Positions 56,609 through 64,000 of a stretch of 64,000 nt of DNA are shown here, in pieces. Numbering within the stretch: position 1 is the stretch's first letter; each line of letters opens with the position of its first letter. The position numbers were made by a program, and so were the translations under genes. This DNA is from a virus. The DNA lies in the IMG/VR virus record IMGVR_UViG_3300000976_000009, positions 173,151-237,150 of that record, one strand, 5' to 3'. The notes under the pieces were generated by a model, which ran no database searches, was not told the origin of the DNA, and saw only the letters and a program-made list of their open reading frames with translations.

Positions 56609-58558
56609 ATGAGTAAAAAAAACAAATTAGATTTAGTAACAATTGAAAAAAGAGAGGCTAAACTTGAAGAAGCAAGGAAATCACTTAAATCACAATTTAT
56701 TGGTATTGATGAAATTATAGATAAGTTTATTGATAGTGTTAAACTTTGGTATGTTATACCAGAGATTCAATCTAGACCATTAATAATTAATCTTTGGGGT
56801 ATTACAGGTGTTGGTAAAACAGACCTAGTTAGAAAATTTATCAAAGCTATTGAGTTTACTGATAAATTTACTGAGATTCAAATGGATTCTAAAGATGGTT
56901 CTGCGACTATTGAGGATTATTTAGAAAATACTTTTGAATCAGCTGAAACACAAGGGGTTTTATTATTAGATGAAATCCAAAGATTTAGAACAATTAAAGA
57001 TGATGGTTCTGAGAATTCATCATCTAAGTTTCAAGATTTATGGATGTTATTATCAGATGGGACATTCCAATCTAATTCTAAAATTAAACAAGAATTATTA
57101 AGAATGATTCTTGAAGAAGATTATTGGTCTGAAAGAGGTGAGGATGAAGATGATGAAGATGGGATTGAAGTAAGTAATGGAAAAGCTGAAAGTAGTAAGA
57201 AGAATAAACCTAGTAAGTTGAAATATATGACTTCTTATTGGGAAGCTTCAAGAATGAAAAAATTACTCAAGCTTACCGAACCTATGTCAGAAATCATGAA
57301 ATGGGATAAGCTAAAAAAAATGGAGCTTATTAAAAATAGATTAAGTAGTAATGAAACTTATGAAGGTAAGAAGTATACAAAACTACTAATAATTATTTCT
57401 GGTAATTTAGATGAGGCATTCAGAATGGCTGATAATGTAAATGATGCTGATAGAGATGCTGATGTATATCATGAATACTCTAAATCAATTGATATTATAA
57501 AAATTAAAGGTGCTTTAAGGTATAGGTTTAAACCAGAACAAATTGCTAGGTTAGGTAACATGCATATGATTTACCCAATACCAAGTAAAGCAGCTTACTA
57601 TGGTATTATTGAGCAAAAAGTTAATAATATTATTGCGACAGTTAAAAATAATAATGGAATCAACATTACTGTAGACCAATCAGTATTAGATGTAATTTAT
57701 AATAATGGTGTATTCCCAACACAAGGGGTTAGACCAGTTTTAAGTACTGTTTCATCAATAATTGAGAACTCATTACCTAAATTTTTATTCGAAATGCTTA
57801 AAGCTGAGGTGAACCAAACAATTGCATTATCATATAAAGATGGTAATATTACCTCTAAAATAGGTGAAAAAATTGTGAAGTATCCAATTCCTACAGTATT
57901 AGATGATATTAAGGATAAACAAAGTGATGATAATAAAGCATTAGTGGCAGTACATGAAGCTGGACACGCAATTTTATATGCATTATTATTTGAAACAGTA
58001 CCTACTCAAATAGTTGCAACAACATCTGATGAAGATACTGGTGGATTTGTTGGGACACACCCAACAATTGGTGCTAAAAATCAAATACTTAATGATGCAG
58101 TAGTATCATTGGGTGGTAGAGTTGCTGAGGAAGAAATTTTCGGTAAAGAATATATATCAAATGGTGCATCAAGTGATTTATCACATGTTACTGGTCGTAT
58201 ATCACATTATGTTAGGAGTTGGGCTTTAGATATGCATGATGGTTCAAAAATTGGTGTTGCCGTACCACCAGCCATTAATAAGGGTAGTTTTTTATTTAGA
58301 ATTGAAGAAACTGATGACAGAATAGAAGAAATTTTAAGAAAACAGTATAATAAGGCTCTTGAATTAATTAAAGAAAATATGGATTTCTTATTAGAGGTAG
58401 CCAATGAATTAATGCTTAAGTCAGCATTAACACAAGAAGAATTCCAAGTCATAGCTAAAAAACATATGGGTAAAACAATATCTATTGTCAATGCTGGTGA
58501 TACGGTTGATGTTGATTATAAAAATCGACTAGACAATAAATTAAAAAATAATAAATAA
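56609..58558 (+). CDS. soluble AAA+ ATPase-peptidase M41 (FtsH-like protease domain) fusion
   Basis: GITGVGKT, LLLDEIQ, AVHEAGHA, LGGRVAEE, GASSDL; no TM. Confidence 0.85.
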   Translation: MSKKNKLDLVTIEKREAKLEEARKSLKSQFIGIDEIIDKFIDSVKLWYVIPEIQSRPLIINLWGITGVGKTDLVRKFIKAIEFTDKFTEIQMDSKDGSATIEDYLENTFESAETQGVLLLDEIQRFRTIKDDGSENSSSKFQDLWMLLSDGTFQSNSKIKQELLRMILEEDYWSERGEDEDDEDGIEVSNGKAESSKKNKPSKLKYMTSYWEASRMKKLLKLTEPMSEIMKWDKLKKMELIKNRLSSNETYEGKKYTKLLIIISGNLDEAFRMADNVNDADRDADVYHEYSKSIDIIKIKGALRYRFKPEQIARLGNMHMIYPIPSKAAYYGIIEQKVNNIIATVKNNNGINITVDQSVLDVIYNNGVFPTQGVRPVLSTVSSIIENSLPKFLFEMLKAEVNQTIALSYKDGNITSKIGEKIVKYPIPTVLDDIKDKQSDDNKALVAVHEAGHAILYALLFETVPTQIVATTSDEDTGGFVGTHPTIGAKNQILNDAVVSLGGRVAEEEIFGKEYISNGASSDLSHVTGRISHYVRSWALDMHDGSKIGVAVPPAINKGSFLFRIEETDDRIEEILRKQYNKALELIKENMDFLLEVANELMLKSALTQEEFQVIAKKHMGKTISIVNAGDTVDVDYKNRLDNKLKNNK

Positions 58559-58640
58559 ATTAAAAGGGAAAGTAAAATTTCCCTTTTTTATTTGGAATTG
58601 GTAAAAAGTTTTGTATCTTTGTAACAACAAATAGATTAAT

Positions 58641-59630
58641 ATGATAGAATCAACAATTGAATTAAAGATACCTAAAGTAGTCCAACCAGAAGATTATGAG
58701 ATAGGTGTTATTGTGGCTAGATTTCAAGTTCCAGAACTTCATTCAGCACATATAAAATTATTGGATACTGTTACTGGATACCATAAAAAAGTAATTGTCT
58801 TTTTAGGTATTCCACCAATAGATAGTTTAAACAAAAAGAACCCTCTTGATTTCGCTTCAAGAAAAGCAATGATTCAAGCAGATTACCCAACTGTTACTAT
58901 TCTCCCATTGAGAGACCAAAGAACAAATGGGTTATGGTCAGCAATTCTAGACCAAAAAATTAAAGAACCTTTTAGGAGCACTAGCGCACTACTTTATGGT
59001 GGTCGTGAGTCATTTATTCCTTATTATGAGGGTAAATACACCACAGTTGAATTAGTTAGTAATAGCTATGATATGAGTGGAACACAAATTAGAGATGCGG
59101 TTGCTAAAGAAGTACCAAATTCTATTGATTTTAGAAAAGGTGTAGTTCATGCTAGTTATGTTGGTTACCCAGCAATTTACCCATGTGTTGATATTATTTC
59201 TCATAATGAAAATGACAATACAATTTTATTGGGTAGGAAAGAAAATGAAGATAAATTTAGATTTGTAGGTGGTCATGTTGACCTAAGTGATGATACATTA
59301 GAGTCAGCAGCAATGAGAGAATTTCGTGAAGAAACTAGAGGTGCTGAGATTTCTGAATTAAAATATGTTGGTTCAGCTAAGATAAATGATTGGAGACACG
59401 ATAATGTGAACTCTGGGATTATTAGTACTCTATTTATAGGTAAACACCTTTGGGGTAAGGCTGAGGCTTCTGATGATATTATTGCTTGTGAGTGGTTCAA
59501 TATGGAAAAACTTATTGAGGGTGATAACTACAAGTCTGAGATTGTTTCTGAACACATTGAGTTGTTCGAGAAATTTATTGAATATTATAATACTAATATT
59601 AAAAAATTACAGAATGAACCAGAACACTAG
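58641..59630 (+). CDS. bifunctional NMN adenylyltransferase / Nudix hydrolase (NadM-Nudix)
   Basis: ARFQ..HSAH, KNPL, SGTQIR; Nudix GG..E.AAMREFREET. Confidence 0.9.
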   Translation: MIESTIELKIPKVVQPEDYEIGVIVARFQVPELHSAHIKLLDTVTGYHKKVIVFLGIPPIDSLNKKNPLDFASRKAMIQADYPTVTILPLRDQRTNGLWSAILDQKIKEPFRSTSALLYGGRESFIPYYEGKYTTVELVSNSYDMSGTQIRDAVAKEVPNSIDFRKGVVHASYVGYPAIYPCVDIISHNENDNTILLGRKENEDKFRFVGGHVDLSDDTLESAAMREFREETRGAEISELKYVGSAKINDWRHDNVNSGIISTLFIGKHLWGKAEASDDIIACEWFNMEKLIEGDNYKSEIVSEHIELFEKFIEYYNTNIKKLQNEPEH

Positions 59631-60003
59631 AATTGGATTAGATGACACATTGATGAGTTCAATGGTGAAATTGTCAGAAGGAAACCCAGGTGCTTTAAAT
59701 GTATTATTACAATTAAGTTCACAGAATGCTGAGATTGACCCACATGATTTTGCGGGTGCATTAGGGAGTATTTTGTCACTTGATTCACATGCAATTTATG
59801 GTCCACGTATTTGGATGCTTTTTAAAGATGTTTGTGGTGAGAATATAACAAAAGTGGTTGTATGTTTAAGAGCAGTACAACTAGGTTTTATTTCTGAGGA
59901 AAAATTAGCCCATGCTATTGATAATAGAGGTGCTGGAATTGATGTGAATGAATTGCACAATAAAGTTTGTGCACAATTAGATAATTTTAAAAAACCAAAT
60001 TAA
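59614..60003 (+). CDS. hypothetical protein
   Basis: LSEGNPGA..IYG..IW.L.KD.C; lies between the two NAD genes. Confidence 0.6.
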   Translation: MNQNTRIGLDDTLMSSMVKLSEGNPGALNVLLQLSSQNAEIDPHDFAGALGSILSLDSHAIYGPRIWMLFKDVCGENITKVVVCLRAVQLGFISEEKLAHAIDNRGAGIDVNELHNKVCAQLDNFKKPN

Positions 60004-60006
60004 TAT

Positions 60007-61656
60007 ATGGAAACGAAAACAGAAAAACAAAAAGTAGTTTTACCAGCACGTAAAATTCACAAAACACCTAGATTACTTTTAGGTGATGCTTATACAATTG
60101 GGTCTGACAAATTTGAAAGTCCAGAAGCTAAAGAAAAGTCGGTTTATTACGTCACTTTTAGAAGAGAACTAAACAAGATTAACCCAATTATTTTCAATGA
60201 GGGAGATAATAGAATTGTATTTGTAGGTTTACAAAGAATTCTAGAAGAGTTATTCTATGAGCCAATTACTCATTCTGAGATTGATGAAACTAAACGTTTC
60301 TTAGCTAAAGCTAAAGTAACTACTCAAGGATTTCAAGAGTATGAATTCCCAGAAGAAAAATGGAGAAGAGTTGTTGATGAATTTAACGGAAGACCACCAA
60401 TTCAGATTAGAGCAGTTAAAGAAGGTTCGGTTGTTTACCCAAATGAACCAGCAATTGAAATTACCTCAGCAGTAGATGGTTTAGGTGTACTAGGTGCTTG
60501 GTTTGAGTCTAAAATATTACAAGTTTGGTCTAAGACTGAAAGGGTTACTCAAGATGAACATTTTTTGAATAGAATTAAGGAGAGAATTTTAAGAGTAGAC
60601 CCAGAAATGGATGAAACTAACCTTAATTTTTACGCCTCTATTATGATTACTGATTTTGGTGATAGAGCTGGAATGACTTCTCATGAGTCAGAAGAATTAG
60701 GTATGGTTCATTTGTATACATTTGGTGGAACAGACACTTTCTCTGGGGCATACCAAGCTTGGAAAAACGCTGGTGAAGTTGAGGGGGTTTTCTCTTCTGT
60801 AAATGCATTGGCGCACCGAAATGTTCAGTCTTTTGAAAAAGAATATGACTGTTACCAAGCTATTTATGATAGTTGTGGTGATAATGAAATAATTTCAATG
60901 GTTGATGATTGTTATGATGCAAAAAATGCAGTTAGAAACATGTTATTACCATTAGCTGTTAAAAGTAAGATTGAAGGGACAAATAAAGTTGTTGTGGCTA
61001 GACCAGATTCTTCTAAAGAAGGGTATACAACTAAAGACCAGATTCTAGAAATTTGTGATATTGCAGTTGAAGCTGGTTTGTATACTGAAATGACAACAAG
61101 TACTGGTACTTGGAAGTGTGGTACATTATTACATTTCCTAGATGGGGATGGTAAAAATTTTGAAGACATTTTAGATGAGATGGATTTTCTTATTGATAAT
61201 GGATATGCATTCTGGACTTGGGGATTGTTTGGTCAAGGTGGTGGATTACGTAATGATTTAAAACGTGATAACCTTTCAGCTAAGTACGCACTATCTGCGG
61301 TCGGTGCTGAGGACAAACCAGTTGTTAAGTTTAGTGAAAATTTAGGTAAAGGAACATTACCAGGACCCTTTAAATTATTAAGAGACCCACAAGCATTAGC
61401 AAATAAAACAACAATTGTCTTTAACCATGAATTAGGTGAGGATGTATTAGTTGAGTATTTTAATGGTGAAAACATTTACAAACCATTTGGTGAGGGTCAA
61501 GATGATAATTTTCTTGAGATTAGGACTAGGATTAAAGAACAAATGGCTACAATGCCATTAACTCTTAAAACTGTTGATAACCACAACTACCCAGCTAGTG
61601 GTGAAGTTCAAGAGACAAAGTTAGGGTTGTTACACAAATATGCTCCAAATAAATAA
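60007..61656 (+). CDS. nadV: nicotinamide phosphoribosyltransferase (NAMPT/NadV)
   Basis: DAY, DFGDRA, F.GTDT, RPDS, GDG, FG.GGGL..RD. Confidence 0.85.
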   Translation: METKTEKQKVVLPARKIHKTPRLLLGDAYTIGSDKFESPEAKEKSVYYVTFRRELNKINPIIFNEGDNRIVFVGLQRILEELFYEPITHSEIDETKRFLAKAKVTTQGFQEYEFPEEKWRRVVDEFNGRPPIQIRAVKEGSVVYPNEPAIEITSAVDGLGVLGAWFESKILQVWSKTERVTQDEHFLNRIKERILRVDPEMDETNLNFYASIMITDFGDRAGMTSHESEELGMVHLYTFGGTDTFSGAYQAWKNAGEVEGVFSSVNALAHRNVQSFEKEYDCYQAIYDSCGDNEIISMVDDCYDAKNAVRNMLLPLAVKSKIEGTNKVVVARPDSSKEGYTTKDQILEICDIAVEAGLYTEMTTSTGTWKCGTLLHFLDGDGKNFEDILDEMDFLIDNGYAFWTWGLFGQGGGLRNDLKRDNLSAKYALSAVGAEDKPVVKFSENLGKGTLPGPFKLLRDPQALANKTTIVFNHELGEDVLVEYFNGENIYKPFGEGQDDNFLEIRTRIKEQMATMPLTLKTVDNHNYPASGEVQETKLGLLHKYAPNK

Positions 61657-61731
61657 AAAAGCGACCTTCGGGTCGCTTTTTTTATCATTATTAGTCTTGC
61701 TTTATCGAATATTTTTCCGTATATTTGCAGT

Positions 61732-62226
61732 ATGAAAACAGTATTTTTAGATATTGATGGGGTAATTGCAGTTGGTAGAATTGTTAGGAAAGAAACTAAG
61801 TGGGGAAAGATTTATCGGTTTGATAGGAAAGCAGTTAATTTATTCAATGAATTTTTAGAAGCAACAGATGCTGAAATAGTATTATCATCAGATTGGGGTA
61901 AACAACATTCACTTCAAGATATGCGAGAAATATTTGAATGGAATGGGATAATCAAAGGACCAATTAGTTTTACTGTTAACTCACCATTATATGAAAATGC
62001 TGAAACAGCTGAATGGCAAGCTGGTGGTCGTGCATGGGAAATTAAAGAATACGTTGATAGGCATAGATTAACCAATTGGATTGCACTAGATGATTTACCA
62101 ATACACCATTCGGGACATGCTGACTTCTTTGAAGGACATTTTGTTTACTGTGGTAAGCAAATGGAAGGTGTTAAACAAACAAGTTTAAAAGAAAAAGCAA
62201 TTAAATTATTAAATGGGGATGTGTAA
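61732..62226 (+). CDS. HAD domain protein (Swiss-Army-knife RNA repair type)
   Basis: FLDIDGV, IVLSSDW, R..EI, IALDD. Confidence 0.8.
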   Translation: MKTVFLDIDGVIAVGRIVRKETKWGKIYRFDRKAVNLFNEFLEATDAEIVLSSDWGKQHSLQDMREIFEWNGIIKGPISFTVNSPLYENAETAEWQAGGRAWEIKEYVDRHRLTNWIALDDLPIHHSGHADFFEGHFVYCGKQMEGVKQTSLKEKAIKLLNGDV

Positions 62227-62674
62227 AAGTAAAAGAAATTGGGATAAGCAATTCATGGATTTAACTGAACATTATGCTAGTTGGTCTAAGGATAGAAGCA
62301 CAGGTGTTGGTGCAGTTATAGTTAATGCAGAAAACACTGATATCATCAAAGGTTATAATGGATTCCCAAGAGGGGCAAACGATGATATCGATGAACGCCA
62401 CGATAGACCAACAAAATATATTTGGACTGAACACGCAGAACGTAATGCCATATATAAAGCAGCTAGAGAAGGGGTTTCCACTAATGGTTGCAAAATGTAT
62501 GTTAACTATTTTCCATGTGTTGAATGTTCGAGAGCAATAATACAAGCGGGAATTAAGGAAGTCATTGCTCCAAAACCAGATTTAGAGCATCATAAATGGG
62601 GTGAATCTTGGAGAATAGCAATTGAAATGCTTGAGGAATGTGGAGTTAATATTAATTTTTACAAAAATGAGTAA
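62213..62674 (+). CDS. dCMP deaminase
   Basis: GYNGFP, HAERNA, PCVEC. Confidence 0.9.
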   Translation: MGMCKSKRNWDKQFMDLTEHYASWSKDRSTGVGAVIVNAENTDIIKGYNGFPRGANDDIDERHDRPTKYIWTEHAERNAIYKAAREGVSTNGCKMYVNYFPCVECSRAIIQAGIKEVIAPKPDLEHHKWGESWRIAIEMLEECGVNINFYKNE

Positions 62675-62848
62675 AGTAGAAAGAGTTAGTGTTGCTTTTG
62701 CTAACCAACAACCTCAAAGATTAGAGGTTAGTGTAATTAGTAAATGGGAACCAAAGAATATCAATAAAACTAGTGGTCATGTTTTTTTTAGTGTTGACGG
62801 ACAATACGTCTCAATGAAACTTACAGACTATAAGAAAATTTTTGAATT

Positions 62849-63310
62849 ATGAAAAGATTAAGAGGCGTAATAAGGTCTATTGAAGTAAACCATTTTCAAG
62901 GAATGGAAAATAAAGGTTGGGATAAAACATATTGGTTTTTTGATTTACACTCAACAGTTATTAAACCTAACTATGAGTATGGTAATATCCCAAAGGAGTT
63001 TTACCCACATGCTAAAGAAGTATTACAAATGCTTAGTGATAGAGATGATGTGTGTATGGCAATATATACTTGCTCACACCCACATGAAGTTGAACAATAT
63101 AAAGCATATTTTGAGGAACAAGGTATTAAGTTTCAATTCGTCAATAAAAACCCAGAGGTTACTAGTGTTGAAGGTGGGTATGGATACTATGAAGATAAAC
63201 CTTACATGAATGTTTTATTTGAAGATAAAGCTGGTTTTGACCCAGAACACGAATGGGAAGAAGTAAGGGAGTATTTAACGGAAAAATATGGCAGCACAGC
63301 GAATGAATAA
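62849..63310 (+). CDS. HAD-like phage protein
   Basis: FDLHSTV..YTCS..KPY..FEDKAGF. Confidence 0.65.
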   Translation: MKRLRGVIRSIEVNHFQGMENKGWDKTYWFFDLHSTVIKPNYEYGNIPKEFYPHAKEVLQMLSDRDDVCMAIYTCSHPHEVEQYKAYFEEQGIKFQFVNKNPEVTSVEGGYGYYEDKPYMNVLFEDKAGFDPEHEWEEVREYLTEKYGSTANE

Positions 63311-63698
63311 AATTCCAAGAAGTTGGATTGAAAATAATGATGCAGTTTATGATGATATAAGTAATGACATTATTAATGGTAATGTTATAAGAGTTAATAA
63401 TGATAAAGGTGAGACACTTCTATTAAAAAAACATGAAATTGCTGATGTATTAGAGAGTATATTAGATAAGGTTATTGAGCAGAAGGACATCGATTTGTAT
63501 CGTAAAATCAATACAGACCTTAGAAAGCATATTAATACTAATATAGAAATCTTAGATACGGAGACTAAAAAGTACTTTCATGATAAGATTGATAAAGTTG
63601 CTGAGAACATTGCTGTAAGCATGATTGATTCTGAAATTGAAAGACAAGTGAGGGAGAGAGTCGAAGCAAAGATAGAGGAAATGAGAAAATTGCTATAA
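63288..63698 (+). CDS. hypothetical protein
   Basis: 136 aa ORF. Confidence 0.55.
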   Translation: MAAQRMNKIPRSWIENNDAVYDDISNDIINGNVIRVNNDKGETLLLKKHEIADVLESILDKVIEQKDIDLYRKINTDLRKHINTNIEILDTETKKYFHDKIDKVAENIAVSMIDSEIERQVRERVEAKIEEMRKLL

Positions 63699-64000
63699 TG
63701 GATATTGAAAGACTTAAAGGTTATAACAAAGACCATTGTTGGCAATATGATATAAGGTTAAATAATTATGAGGAAGATTTAGTTAAGGCTGGATTAACCG
63801 ATGATTATGTTAAGAAATTAAAGGTGTCTGATTTCGAGTTCAAAGTTGTTGAAGATAAAGATGAAAGACTAAAAATGAGGGATTTCATTGAACGTCACGA
63901 ATGGCTTGGAAATTTATCCCAATATACAACACAATGGTTTGCTTGTTATCACAAAGATATACTCGCTGGTGTAATACTATTTAATATGCCTAATGCATTC
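63698..64000 (+). CDS. partial CDS, possible Mom-like/GNAT DNA-modification protein
   Basis: Open to the window end; FIERHEWLG..WFACY..LAGVILF.MP. Confidence 0.45.
   Translation, partial: MDIERLKGYNKDHCWQYDIRLNNYEEDLVKAGLTDDYVKKLKVSDFEFKVVEDKDERLKMRDFIERHEWLGNLSQYTTQWFACYHKDILAGVILFNMPNAF

Noticed and set aside
1-64000. CRISPR array
   Set aside because: No regularly spaced direct repeats; the recurring GGTTCGA words are T loops.
1-64000. Genome-wide stop-codon reassignment
   Set aside because: Long conserved genes are intact under code 11 and all three stops terminate genes; only one isolated in-frame TAA was seen.

Overview
AT-rich, gene-dense segment that looks like a large (jumbo) phage genome infecting a Bacteroidota host. 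Evidence: TTG-N19-21-TAnnTTTG promoters throughout, a second ATATTTAT promoter-like motif, the standard genetic code and almost all genes on the + strand. It carries three tRNA arrays sorted by amino acid (Cys/Val/Leu/Met at 10.9-12.7 kb; Phe/Glu/Asp/Ala at 14.6-16.7 kb; Pro/Gln/Tyr/Thr/Gly/Lys at 32.8-36.0 kb). It also carries a ~4 kb island of tRNA-derived and structured ncRNAs (20.2-24.2 kb), an RNase P RNA, GlnRS, a leuS remnant, an OmpA-fused ABC transporter operon, a NAMPT + NMNAT-Nudix NAD salvage pair, 2H phosphoesterases, ART-like proteins, homing endonucleases and nucleotide-metabolism genes. Main observation: each tRNA array is preceded by promoter -> short leader reading frame -> antiterminator/terminator, and the leader codons match the tRNAs of that array. 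This suggests ribosome-mediated attenuators that switch on phage tRNA arrays when those codons are starved; the third leader lacks an ATG. Second observation: a family of four 'stem + WCAGCAA' RNAs attached to tRNA parts, namely a circularly permuted tRNA-His, a tRNA-Asp with the module inserted, and two anticodon-arm mimics. All calls were made by eye without database searches, and RNA boundaries may be off by a few nt.
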